The position numbers and the translations under genes were made by a program. DNA of 56,342 bases, filler included, from Sphacelaria rigidula (Eukaryota): the NCBI GenBank assembly GCA_964200075.2. It is 5 parts of 5 records of this genome, joined end to end, with 100 filler letters (N's around TTAATTAATTAA, not from the genome) between each part and the next. Parts side by side here need not be neighbours in the genome. Positions count along the whole stretch, not along the records: positions 11,291 to 22,479 come from CAXNAA020005266.1; positions 22,580 to 33,768 come from CAXNAA020005267.1; 3 more parts are not named here. One strand, written 5' to 3'. Position 1 is the first letter of the stretch, and every line of letters starts with the position of its first letter. The notes beneath the pieces were generated by a model that ran no database searches, was not told the origin of the DNA, and was given only the letters and a program-made list of their open reading frames with translations. Below, piece after piece: positions 11,751 through 23,750 of the stretch.

Positions 11751-12553
11751 ATATCGATATCAGTCCTAGTGCTAGCGTTAGTGCTAGAAATCCGCTGAAA
11801 AGGATTTTGGCGGAGTAAGTCTGGCAGCTGGGGACAACCTGACATCACAGACGCGTGACGGGGGTTCATGTTGGTGGTGGCGGCAGAAAGGCGGCTGGCC
11901 TGTAATTGATCCAGACTGGAGACTCGCTGACTCTGCGTGCAGCGGGAGTTTGGAGACTCTCATGACTGTGTGGTGCGGCGAAGAGGCAAGAAAGTGTGCA
12001 ATCAGTGAAAGTCCGCTGGCCTGTGAAAGTTCGCAGGTAGCCGGTTACAGCTACAGCTATGGCTACCGGCTCACGAGGTACGTCCACAGTGACACCCGTG
12101 GTCATGCGGGAAGAATTGCGACCTCCCCAATACGGGGATAGGTACTCAGAGAGTGCATCTCGCACTATTATTACAAAGTGCTTTCAGTACAAGAAGCGTG
12201 TGAAGCACACTAAAGCAGGAGGTGCTGTGCGGCATCAGGTGGTGCCAATGGCTCGACAAGTGTCAATTCATGTGGAGAGAGTGTTTGCTCGTTTGGAGCA
12301 TAACAATTTCACAACAACCCCGCCGCAATTGGTTGCGGCGATCAGAAAGCATGCTGGGCATACGGCGGGCACTTGACACTGTTGTGGCCAGGTCGGCCAT
12401 TACGCGCGCGATTGCCCAACGTCTTTCGGTGGAGAGTCTGAGCAGCCTCATGCCGCGCGCCATCAGCATCGTCTGGACAAGGGCAAAGGACGGGGTAGTC
12501 GGGGTGGTGGCGGCGGCGGATCCTCCGGCGATGGAGGGTCGCAGTCGAGTCCT

Positions 12554-12596
<43 letters not shown>

Positions 12597-13033
12597 GGCA
12601 GCGGCGTCAGCATGGGTCTGGTTCTGGGTCCGGCGCCGTCGTAGGTGCTGCTGCTCCGCAACGGGCGGTGCAGGTGGGATCGACTTATGCAGTGTCGAAC
12701 ACTGCGCCAGCGCCGATGGTGGCGCCGGTGACGACACCGGCAGCAGCGCCAGGCGCGACGCCTGCTGATGCGCTGGTCGGAGGTTCGACATATTCTTGGT
12801 CTGCTGGCTGGGGGTCATACCCGCCAGTGGTGCCGTTTGAACTTGCCGGGGCGTCTTCGCCTGCGCAGCTTGCACAGCCGTGGCGTCAAATGGGATAAGC
12901 GGCGTATCGGTCGGCGGATGAAGTGCCAGTGGAGTTTGCGGACAACTACGTTCCTGCGGAGCTATATCTCCCAAAACAACGGGAGCGTGGAACCATTGCG
13001 GTTCGGGCTGTGTGGGATTCTGGCGCCCACTTC

Positions 13034-13285
13034 AGACACTTTCTACGATAGCCCCCCCCCAAAACCAGCCCAAAAGTGACACGATTAAAATTGTCATACA
13101 GCGCCAGATATTTAGGTTCAGGCAGCATGAAGCGCCTCGCATGGGCGACATTGACGGGAACGCACCCAAGCGTGGGGAATTCCCAGCTGCTCGTTGTACT
13201 CGGCCCTTTCTATTTCGACTTACGTGAAGATTTTGCCTCCCCGAACCAGGCACTTTTTGGCGGAGGGATATCGTAGAAAGTGTCT
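13034..13285. mobile_element. MITE with 17-bp perfect TIRs and 2-bp (TC) TSD inserted in the Gypsy protease
   Basis: AGACACTTTCTACGATA ... TATCGTAGAAAGTGTCT; removing it restores DSGAHF-T. Confidence 0.85.
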
Positions 13286-16200
13286 TCACGAGTCATGTGA
13301 GTCTGTCGGTGCAGATTGTAGAGGTGGTGGAGCGTCTTCTCCCGGGTGTGCGGCGGTGCATTCCGTTTTCGCTCGGGGCGCGGCAGGCCGTCACCGCGTC
13401 GGGTCAGCATCTTCACGCCACAGAGCGTACTGTTTCGCTGCAGTCGACTTTCACGACTTTCTGGGGGCCGGCACAGTTGCCTTCGATCTCGTTTGCGATC
13501 ATGCCGGGGTCGGATGGTGTCATTCTTCTGGGGTTGCCGACGCTTCAGGATCTTGGAGTCGACCCGTATGCGCGGTTGTGGGACTCCATGAAGACGCAGA
13601 TATCTCCGCCTGGTCCACGCTTGGAGACGCCCGCCGTTTTGCGCAGTCGTCGCGTGAGCTTGTTTGTGGATGCTTTTCAGGAGGCTGGGGGGCAGGTGAC
13701 CGAGGAGCGGGGTGCGGCGGTGGAACGCTTGGTAGAGCGCGACCCGGAGATGTTAATGATTCCGGCGAAAGAGGATTCCGCTCGGAAGGTCGCGCTGGAG
13801 GAGAGCGTGGCGGATGCTGTGGCGACAGGCCTTAACGTCTCAAAAGCGGAGCGCCTGCGCGGCATATTGCATTGCCGCGTCAACGCGTTTCGTCGTGCGC
13901 TGCGGGGTGATCCCCCTGCGCGCGTGGTGCCCATGCGTGCTCGGCTAAAACCTGGGGCGTCCGCGGTGAAGATGAAGCCGCGGTGGTACGATCCGGTGAG
14001 GTCGAGTTGGTTGGCGTCGTGCTTGGCGGGTCTTTTGGCGCTCGGGTTGGTGCTGCGGAATTCGTAGGCGGGGTGGTCCAGTCCAGATACGGCGGTTTCG
14101 AAGAGGGCTGCATCGTGAACGGAGGGCAGGCTGCAGGCGTGGGCGGCAGCGAAGGATCTGGTGGCTCATGTCACGACGCTGTTCCATCCTCGTCCTGGTT
14201 GTCAGGTGCTCATGTTTCCGGATGCATTTGAGTGTCATTGGGGTAGTTTGGTCATGCAGGTGCCTACAGTTGAAACGCAATGGCGCTTGCCGGTGGAGGG
14301 TATGACGCATGAACCATTGGCTTTCCTAGTGGTAATTTCAAGGGTTCGGAGTCGCGCTGGGCCACAATTGACAAGGAAGCTCTTGCTATCGTGAGCACGT
14401 TTCGTCGTTCGGGGCATCGTTTGTGGGATGGCTTGCACATTTTCACGGATCACCGAACTCTCGTGTATGTTTTCAACCCGGAAGCGTGCGTTTCGTCTGC
14501 GTCGAAGGCATTGGCACAACGTTTGGAGGGTTGGAAAGGTGTCCTTGGCCAGTATCGTTACTCGATTTTCCATATTTTTGGTGACCGTAACACTTTGGGC
14601 GACTTGCTTTCGCGTTGGGTGAATATTCTGGTTTTGCCTGTGCGCGCTGCGGCCGTGTATGGTCCGTGTGAATCTGATGGCTCGATACCGTCCGAATCTG
14701 TTGTCCGCCAAGCGCAACGGAAATACCTTGACGTCGAAGATGCGGATGTGCAATCTTGCGAGTCGGACGTTGGTACTGCTATCTTGGACAATGAAGGTCT
14801 GTTTCGTATGCATGTGCGTGGCCGAAACGTTTTGTGGATTCCGATTTCTGACAAGCAGTTGCAGGTACGTCTGATGATTTGCGCGCACATGCGCTACGCC
14901 AGGCATCGTGGTGTGGCTGCGATGCTCATGCGCTTGCAAGAGTTTTGTGTCTGGCAGGGCATAGACGCTCATGCGCGCCAATTTTTCCGCCAGTGTCTCA
15001 CTGTGCTGACTCGAGGGCGGGCGATGTTGTTCCCCGCCCGCTCGGCGGAACGGCCCATGGGACCATGCCGAATGAAGTCGTTCATTTTGACTTCTTGTAC
15101 GTTGCACCCGCTAGCTTCCCAAGGTTTGTGGGAGGATGCTGGGTTTCGATACATTTTGGTCATCATGGATGGTTTGAGCAGCTTCGTGGCTCTGGAACCA
15201 GTAGCAGTGAGTACTGCTGAATTTACTGCTGCACCTTTGCTGAATTAGTGGAAAACTGTGAGGGTACCGCGTGTGTGGGTGAGTGATACCGGCACGCATT
15301 TCAAAAATGCGATCTTGGCCCGATTACGAGAGGCTTTGCACGTTGATCACCAGTTTGCGGTGGCGTATTCTCCGTGGTCAAACGGCACGTGCGAACGCAT
15401 GGTCAAAGAAGTAGTTCGTGCTCCTCGCTCTATTCTTCTCGAGCAGCGTAGAGCGGTCCCCGAGTGGGTGGACGTGTTGCCGGCGGTGCAATGGGCGCTC
15501 AATACAGCGTGTCGTCGTCGTTACGATAGTACGCCGAACCACGTGATGTTTGGTCGTGCTCCTCGGACGTCTTTCTCGGTGTTGGCGTCTCCGTCGGCGG
15601 GGAAATGGAAATGTGATGTTTTGGGCGATGTTTAAATAAGCGTGCATTGCAAGGAGTCTTGGACTTGCAAGAACGTTTCCACGTTCAAGTGCCGGAATGT
15701 GTTGCCGCTGAACGTGCGCGTAGACGTGAGGGGTCCTCGTCGGGGCTGGAACTGCGGAACTTTGAGGTAGGCGACTATGTCACGTACGTCGTCCGGGCGT
15801 TACACCCAAGTTGATGGCGACGTGAAGTGGTCCATGGAGAATGGTTGGTGTTCACCACCCACACGTGCTTGAGGTTCAGAACATTGTTTCGGGTCGTGTT
15901 CAGACCGCCCATGTAGCTTGTTTGCGTTTCTATGCAGACTCGTAGCTTAATGTTACGGCTGACGTTAAGGACGTGTTCCAGCATGCTTTCAATCAGGGGC
16001 AATTTCGGACGGCTGGTATTATCCGAGTGGCAGAAGCAGATGATCGTTCGTTGATCGTGTTGGTCGACTGGGTTGGTTTCGAAGGTGAGGAGCGTACGTG
16101 GGAGCCTTTCAAGGATGTTTTTGAGGCCGCTCCGGAATTTCTTACGAAGGAGTTGCGTTACTTGCTCGTGACTGGTGCCGTCGCTGCTCGCATTTCGAGT

Positions 16201-16295
16201 GAGTTTGGTATTCGGTTGCGACTTACTCATCGTCTTGGCGTTGTTCATGTGTCAAGCTTGTTGATTGATTTTCGTCCAATGCGCTTTGGCGATGC

Positions 16296-16564
16296 TGTGA
16301 CGAAAATACGCCGTTACGTTGAGTTGGTAGTGATGATCTGGATAATGATTGGGGGCACGGGGATCCTGAAGTATTCTGGGAGTATTCTGGATGATGACCG
16401 GTGACACGGGGATCATACCTTGTGGGTCTAGAAGGCTGGTGCCTGGTAGGGAACTGCTGATAATGAAGATGTTGTAAAGGCTGACAACTGAAACTGAGGC
16501 CAGCAAGACATGGGAGTCCCACAACAGCAGTGATCCACTAGTTCTTCTTCTGGCTGGCGTCACA
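16296..16564 (+). repeat. 3' LTR of Gypsy element 1
   Basis: TGTGACGAAAATACGCC...GGCGTCACA. Confidence 0.9.
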
Positions 16565-16574
16565 GCCACCAGTC

Positions 16575-16790
16575 ACTGGCAAGGAGTGTTGAAAGTTCTA
16601 GCGTTCCTGAATAGGACTAGGCACTACAGTTTGACGTTCAGTTCAGGAGAGAGTGTGCTTTCACTGTACTGCGATGCCAACTACGCAAAGAAAGAGACGA
16701 ACAAAGAACCGGTTGCCGGGATACGGGTAATGATTGGAGGAGTGGGGGTATCAAGAACCAGTTGCACGCAATACTGTGTTACCCTTCTTG
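16575..16790 (+). mobile_element. Ty1/Copia RT-RNase H junction fragment
   Basis: HWQGVLKVLAFLNRTRHYSLTF...LSLYCDANYAKKETNKEPVAG...GGVGVSRTSCTQYCVTL matches the Copia RNase H consensus (Y-x-D-A-D-Y-A...SW-x-S-x-x-Q-x-x-V-x-L). Confidence 0.8.
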
Positions 16791-17406
16791 GATTGAAGAG
16801 TTTAACGTATGTGGCACGAACTCGAGCAAGTCCTCAGAGACACCTGTTGGTTTTGGAATTAGCGCTTATCGTCCAATACAAACAGCACACACAAATAAAA
16901 TGCAGAAGCTGTTAACAGCTGGTTCTAATTCTTAGAGTTGAGCACTAAAATGGGTCCCAACTCGCCTTGAAAAAAACGAGAAGTCACGTCAAAGAGTATC
17001 ACCAGGGGAAAGGAGTTTCGCAAGCAGAGTTTTTGTTGCACTTACGTTCGTGTGGTTAGGTGCACCAAATGAGTACTGTGCACACGCGTGTCGATGACGA
17101 TGTCACCAAAGGAGCAACGGAGAGGGAGCTCCTCGCCGGTGTCCTTTGTGTGTCCTCGTTCGGCGATTCCCAATCGCCGCGGAGATTGGCATCATGTTAT
17201 AGTACCAGCACATGCCCAAACAAAATGCAATTTGTGGGCAGGTGGGTTATTGTAGCACAGCCGCGAAAACAAGATCGCGGGATGCTCCGGCTGTCGTCTC
17301 CTATCTGTGGCGCTGACCAATGTAAATATCGATTTCTCTCTGCCTCTCTGCTTGGACAGGAAGTGCCTCTGTGCGCAGTAGAACACGTCGTCGAAAAGCT
17401 GGGTGA

Positions 17407-17839
17407 TGTAGCCGTCACCGCTACAATTCTCTCTCACATACACGACTGCGCGCTTGCGGCAAAATCTAATAATCGGAAGCGGGGTGGTGTTATTGCAGTC
17501 GTTGATCTCACCCGACGTCTGCAAAACAAGGACAACATACAGTCTGCCACATCCCAGTCAGGGGGACGGATACATGAAAGATATAGCCTCTGCCAGGCGA
17601 TCTGGACAAGAGGACTATCCAGGAGGGACTCCTCCAGTAGCACTGACCTCGTGCTCGACAAGTCCTTTCTTCTCACTTGTCATTATCACGGAGTGATCCT
17701 CAATAGACTACATTAAGAGCTAGACAGCGAGGGGCCACACAGATGAGGGTCATCAATCCAGGATCCCCTGTCCCCTGCGACTGCTCCAATCATGCATGCG
17801 ATTATACTGAAACCTACGGCTTGGTATCATTCGGCTACA
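17407..17839 (-). repeat. 3' LTR of Gypsy element 2
   Basis: TGTAGCCG...CGGCTACA termini; preceded on the minus strand by a G-rich tract; CCGTCACCGCTAC repeated at ~21999. Confidence 0.7.
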
Positions 17840-19021
17840 GCACCCCCAAAGCGACTTCAAGACCAACAAACGAGCTTGACAACCAACAAAAACCAAGGCG
17901 AAATCGCATGCGCCATATCACAAAGAAATACCATATACTACTCCGACGCCAATGTACTTACTGGTCAGCGCCCGAGTCAACCGCATTTTACGCAGTTCCT
18001 TCAAAACAAATTTAGGCGCAGAAGAATGAATCTTGCGAAGAGATTGCCACGTAAATTCTTCGGCACCGAACTCTTCCCAATCTACCAAACCAATGACATC
18101 ACCATTGTCATCCTCAGTGACGTGTACCAACGCATTCATCCGACATTCACCTTGAGCATACAAATGCTGAAATACATCATTTAGTTCTGCAGTGATGTGC
18201 AACTGCGGGTCAGCATAGAAACGTAAACGAGCGACATGGGCCGAGTGCACGGCGCCAGAAACAATGTTCTGCACCGAATTATTACACGTGAGCGTGATCG
18301 GCTCCGACCACTCGCTACGGACCTGTCCACGTGGACATCAACGTTGGCGTCACACCTTGCCTCCGAACACGGGCATACAATACGAAATCGCCGACTGCAA
18401 ACTTGGGCAATACAACTTGGCTCTGAGCAAGCTTTCGTTTGGTTTCGCGAGACACCGCGACAGCAGCTTGCACTTCGTTACAGAACCGCACTTGCTCGTC
18501 AACCACGCCTCAAACCTTGTCACGCAACGAATCAGTATCCATGAGATCGACGTTCCACTTGCCGCCAGTCACAGAAGCCAGCGCGGCAACCGCTGTACGC
18601 GGCGTACGCCCAAACATCACACAATACGGAGTGTTACGGTAGCGTTCACGACAAGAAATATTCAACGCTCACCGAGCGGCTGGTATAACATTGACCCATT
18701 CAGACACCGGCCGTCGCCGTTCCGACAGAATAGACCGCAACGCACGAATAATGTTTTTCACCATGCGTTCACAAGCACCATTCGACCAAGGGGCATACGC
18801 AACAGCAAATTGGTGTTGCACCTTCAGCGTATCGCTCAGCTGCGCGATCACTCGATTCTTGAAGTGCGTGGCAGTATCACTAACCCAAACATACGGCAAC
18901 CCCGAAGTCTTGCACCAATGGAGCAAGTGCTTAGCCGTAACCTCGGCGGTGCAAGCCTCGGTCGGCTCCAAGCGAACGAAATTGGACAGATCATCCATGA
19001 TGATGACCAAAACGTATCGAA

Positions 19022-19220
19022 TGTAACGCGTGAGAAGACCGCGTGCTTAGATGACCGCGCCGTGGTTCAAAACACCTTAGGATCGACGTTTTTCAAAACC
19101 AATCGGACCAGTCCCTGCAGGTACTACGCCCCTGACCATAACCCCGACACTAACCCTAACCATAGGGATATTCAAATTCCGATGCGGTCCTCTAAGCACG
19201 CGGTCCTCTCAAGCATTACA
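19022..19220. mobile_element. 199-bp TG...CA MITE with ~38-bp TIRs, 5-bp TSD and internal telomere-like motifs
   Basis: TGTAACGCGTGAGAAGACCGCGTGCTTAGA ... TCTAAGCACGCGGTCCTCTCAAGCATTACA; flanks TCGAA/CCGAA; removing it restores integrase DGFRYV; internal CTAACCCTAACC. Confidence 0.85.
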
Positions 19221-19519
19221 CCGAAAACCATCCTCCTCAGGCAAACCATTAGCACCTTCAGGTCCCCTACTTCCGACGTACAGAAAATCAAACAACTTCA
19301 CCTGGCGCAGTACCATGCACAGTATCGTCATACGGGCGAGGTATAATCTCACCAGCACGAGTGTCTACACAATGCTAACACTGGCGAACAAACTCGTGAA
19401 CGTGGGAATCCATGTGAGGCCACACACAGTATTCTTTCAAACGGAACAGAGTCGGCGCCACACCACGGTGAACAGCCGACCGCATGTGAGCGCACACCAT
19501 CAAGCGAGTGTGTAGAGCC

Positions 19520-19554
19520 TGTGACGGTTTAAGAGACAACCAAATTAGACTACA
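19520..19554. mobile_element. Truncated copy of the 7480-7554 mini-element
   Basis: TGTGACGGTTTAAGAGACAACCAA flanked by AGCC/AGCC; removing it restores DDKALHTRLMVCAH. Confidence 0.7.
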
Positions 19555-22479
19555 AGCCTTATCATCCGGCGGAATCAACAAAACATCACTACTGCCAGCG
19601 CACACGCGAAACAAACCATCGTCAGCCAAAGCAGCGTGACCGAAAGTAGTAGGAAAAGCATGAGCACCGTCGCCGACTGTTTTGTGCTGCACGGTACAAG
19701 TGACATCTAATGAAGGCAGCGAATAATCGGCATCACACGGGCTGTACACGGCAACAGAACGAACAGGCACGGTAGGAACCTTCACCAAGCGAGACAACAA
19801 ATCTCCCCGAAAAATGCGCTTCCCAGGAATGTGTTCACTGACATAACGATATATTGTTGTTGGGTTCCCACCAACTCCCGCATGTCTTCTTGCCTTGGCA
19901 TCACCCCCGGAGACTGTCCCACTTGCGCGTTCACCGCCTGATAGTCACTGACCAAACGGACTGTGTCCCTCTTCGGCACCGCCATCGCCGGACTCGCCCA
20001 TAAAGCCTGAATATTCCCAACCAACAAACCGAATGCCATCAAAACTGCGATGCATGAAGCAAGCCACACGGTCTTCACCGGATCGCAGCAGCGATGCTTG
20101 GCCTTCACAGCCTCCTTCATTGGCTCCACGCAGGCTGGCGGATCACCACCCAGCGCATGACGAAATGTATCTACGCAACGAGCCAAAATATCGCGCAGAC
20201 AATGTGAGACATCGGCACTCAGGCCCTTCTGCTCGGCCTACCGCACACTATCCTCAAGCGCACATTTTCTTGAACCTCTCTCCTCTGCGGGGTTCATGAA
20301 CTTTTCCGGCCCCCGATCGACCAAGCGCTCCACCGCTTCATGAGCAGGAGCCTCCTCCTCATTGGCGCTCTGGAATGACCGTATGGATACGATCACACGC
20401 CTTGCAGCAAGGTAACTGGGGTTTTCCACGCCTGTTTGCACCGGCACAGCACGCGGACGTAACTTCTTCAACACCAGCGGATATAGATCAATCCCGAGCT
20501 CCTTCATTGTCGCCATCCCAAATAGAACAACGCTGTCCCTACCGGGCATGACAGCGGAAGTAATGAGCTGCAGCTGCACAGTCCCCCAACGCGTACGCAC
20601 GCTAACAGTAATTGGCACCGTTTTGTGTGTAACCATCACGGGAACATTCGTGGTGGTCTGTTTCGTTTGCGGTCCGTTTTCGAACGGAATCTGAAGCTAA
20701 GCGCCGCCAAACTGCGAAGACATCTGTTCTAGCAACCCCACACCGATCGACGTGAGCGCGGACCCAGAATCCAGAATAACGCCGGCCATGAACGAACCTA
20801 CAGAACCAGGCAAGGCTAAATCTGCGCGTAAGTATTCAGCCTTGCGACCGACAGGTACCACGCCTGCCGAAGAACCCTGTTCTGTCCCAAGAGTCACCTG
20901 ACGCCAGGGCTGCCCTCCAGCACTTGGCATCGATAGCTGCGAATCGTCGGTTCAACCAGACCAAGTCGCCGAATATGCAGACGGCGCTGTTACAGCCGTC
21001 ACAGCAATAGGGAATGCACCAGACACGGATCCTGCCTGGCCGATGAGTTGCGAGCTATTCGCTCCAGCCCCACCGAAGTATTTGCGTTTCCCACGCACAC
21101 TGTCCGCCCCGCTACGGACGAACCGTAAGATTCGGAGTCACCACCTGATGACGTAGCGGAAGAAACAGTAGCGGAGGAACCACCATCCGCCGCCGATTGT
21201 TTGTTACCGCGGCCGCCGCGCCCGCGTCCCTGATTGGCACGGCTCCGTCTACCGTGACGACCACCCCGAGATCCTGATAAATCTCGTGCATTGCCCTGTG
21301 CCGCGCCTTGAGCGCGAGGCTTGGGGCAGTCCTTGATCATATGTCCGGTGTAGCCGCAGTTGTAACACGCGCGAGTGGACGACTCTCGCGAAGACGGCTG
21401 CTGTTTCTGTTGTTGTTGCTATTTGCGGCGCAAACCACCTGCACTTGTTGCAGAGTCGCGCCGGCCATGTGCTTGAATGAACTTTCACTGGTCGGCCGCC
21501 TCAAATAGTTTTTCGGACACCGCCGTCGGGCTCTTTTTCCAACCATCGACATACGTTAGTACACTTCTAACATACGCCTTGAATTCTGGAGGCGAAATCC
21601 CGTCCACCAAAGCTATGGAATCCGACTCGGTCAGGCCAGGCAACCAATTCCTGTCCTCCGCACGGTACATGGCTTGTACCATCAGGTTCTCTGCAAAAAA
21701 CCGTTTCATATCTGAACTAACCATCATAGCACGATCTTTCACGGACTTTCCATCGCTTTGCTTCATTGTAAGTACCCTACGCAGGTCTGCTGCAGCCCGC
21801 GTAGCGTTATTCTTTCCACCAGTTGTAGTATACTCGGCATGCTGCTTTACAGCATCAAGCAATTCATCGGGGGTCATAGCCCGACCGTCCTTGTACGACG
21901 CTTTCCACGATAGCCCCCCCCCCAAAAAAGTGCATGGTTGAGGGAGGCTATCGTAGGATAGGGACGCGTCTCTGTGCGCTGAAAAACAGGGCAATGTTTC
22001 CGTCACCGCTACTACTGTTCTCTGTCACACACATGCCAGCAAGGACGGTGCGCTGCGGCAATAAGAACAGATGATCCAATTTGAACTTGGGGGGTGTTAT
22101 TCATCGTTGATTTTTTCCTGACATATCTGACCATCAAGGCGCCCGACAACAATAGCCTGCCACAGGCCAGTTGGAGTGTGTGTGTGAGAGAGAGAGATAT
22201 CAAAACTTGTGGAGACCTTCTTGACGTGCGGAGTGAAAAAAGATACCTATGGTGGTGACCTAACTGTTGCTAGCGTGGTGCGGAGGGGTGCGTCAGCTGC
22301 AATCTGGAGGTTTCGTTGCTCTACTCTACTGACTTCCGTCTGCACAGCGTATGCCGAGAGGTCACACACGGTAACAACATGTTATTATGTACCCAAATTG
22401 GGGACAGCTACTGTATGAAAACAAAACAGTTCGGTTTTCGAAACTACGTCCAGATCATTGAAAAGGCTCTTGTTACCCG

Positions 22480-22579
22480 NNNNNNNNNNNNNNNNNNNNN
22501 NNNNNNNNNNNNNNNNNNNNNNNTTAATTAATTAANNNNNNNNNNNNNNNNNNNNNNNNNNNNNNNNNNNNNNNNNNNN
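22480..22579. other. Artificial contig linker
   Basis: N44-TTAATTAATTAA-N44. Confidence 0.98.
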
Positions 22580-22612
22580 CCTGCTGATGCAGCAACAAGG
22601 GCGAACGTGGGT

Positions 22613-22643
<31 letters not shown>

Positions 22644-23129
22644 GTTCTCATTTGTTGCTTGCCTTAGTCGTTTTACCGTTGACCACGCATCCCTTTCGAG
22701 ACGGAGCACCGTTCCTACTCGTAATAGAGACACCTCCAACATTTAGGTGCTCATTACGTTTCTTCCATATATCACACAAAAACCTCTTAGATACCTTATC
22801 CCAGACGGGACGGGGGTGGGGCAAAATGGGAGAAGATATCTTAATCGGAGTAACTTTTGTTTCTGTGACTAAAAAAAATGCCAAGGTAAAATGCACTCCG
22901 ACAAGTTATGAACAGAGAGGCGTTGCTGATTGTATACCCAGCCGCTTTGGGGGCCAATTTGAGAGAGCATGACGTGTACTGGAACAAACAACATCATGGT
23001 GACTGTCTTGTGCTTTTGTTTCTTGGTTACGCCGAGCCTATCTTAGCCGCCACATGCGGCCTGCCGTCTGTGCATCATCCCTGCGCTGCTACAAAGCTTC
23101 AGTGTTGTGTTCGTATACTTGAATTGGAA

Positions 23130-23750
23130 TGATTTGACTTGAATTATGAATGCAGGATCCAGATAACCCGCCGTGGAGGCCCAAAGGTTCCCTTGTAGAG
23201 CTGGGGGCAAGACAAGGTCATCCTCTCCAAAGGTTCCTTGAAATCTGGTCCATGGTGATGGCCATAGATAATGGGAACAATGGTAAGGAGTGCAGCGGGG
23301 GAGAGGGAGAAGACAACACTCTACTGTACTGTACTGTTTTGCATCGTACTGCGTTGTCCTGTACTGCGCTTTTTCGTTCGATTTTGTTCATCAATGTACA
23401 GCCACCTTCAGGGTGAGTAATCTGTTGTGCGTTGGTATGATTTTGACTTGGAGTATGAATGCAAGACCCAGATGACCCACCGTGAAGGCTCAAAGGTTCA
23501 ATTTTAGGGCTGGCGGCAGAAATAGGTTACGCTCTCCAAAGGTTTGCTGCAATTTGATCATTGGTGATACCCATGGACGAAAGGAAGGAACGCAGCTGGG
23601 GGAGAGATGAGACCACACTGCACTGTACCATACAACTCTTGTACTGCATTGTAATACTGTTGTACTGTCTGTTTTAGTTCGGCTTTGTCTATAGTCACCC
23701 CCAGGGTGGGTCATCTGCATCGGCATCATTTTGACTTGAAAAATGAATCA
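23130..23750. repeat. Tandem pair of ~310-bp non-autonomous repeat units
   Basis: TTTGACTTG..ATGAAT recurs at ~23135, ~23440 and ~23730; each unit is bounded by GATGACCCACC / GGTGGGTCATC-like inverted motifs, with related motifs at ~5200 and ~54410-54540. Confidence 0.75.

Larger units (their letters stand above)
11475..16564 (+). mobile_element. Degenerate Ty3/Gypsy LTR retrotransposon with chromodomain, RT core deleted
   Basis: Paired LTRs; protease AVWDSGAHF and ILLGLPTL; RNase H FPDAFECHWG...EPLAFL...IDKEALAI...FTDHRTL; integrase AH...HRG zinc finger and core (VWVSDTGTHFKN, YSPWSNGTCERMV); chromodomain LVDWVGFEGEERTWEP. Many stops and frameshifts. Confidence 0.93.
17407..22070 (-). mobile_element. 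Second degenerate chromodomain Ty3/Gypsy element, RT and RNase H deleted
   Basis: gag with CCHC CYNCGYTGHMIKDC; protease VILDSGSALTSI; RT start RLVSDYQAVN fused directly to the post-RNase H region; integrase VWVSDTATHFKN...YAPWSNGACERMV; chromodomain LVDWEEFGAEEFTWQ; partial second LTR near 21994. Confidence 0.9.

Noticed and set aside
14235-15107. 290-aa minus-strand ORF
   Set aside because: Antisense to the Gypsy RNase H/integrase region.
18264-19346. 360-aa + strand ORF
   Set aside because: Antisense shadow of the Gypsy integrase, running through a MITE.
21140-21175. CTGATGA...GAAAC hammerhead-like core
   Set aside because: No convincing stems; lies within gag coding sequence.
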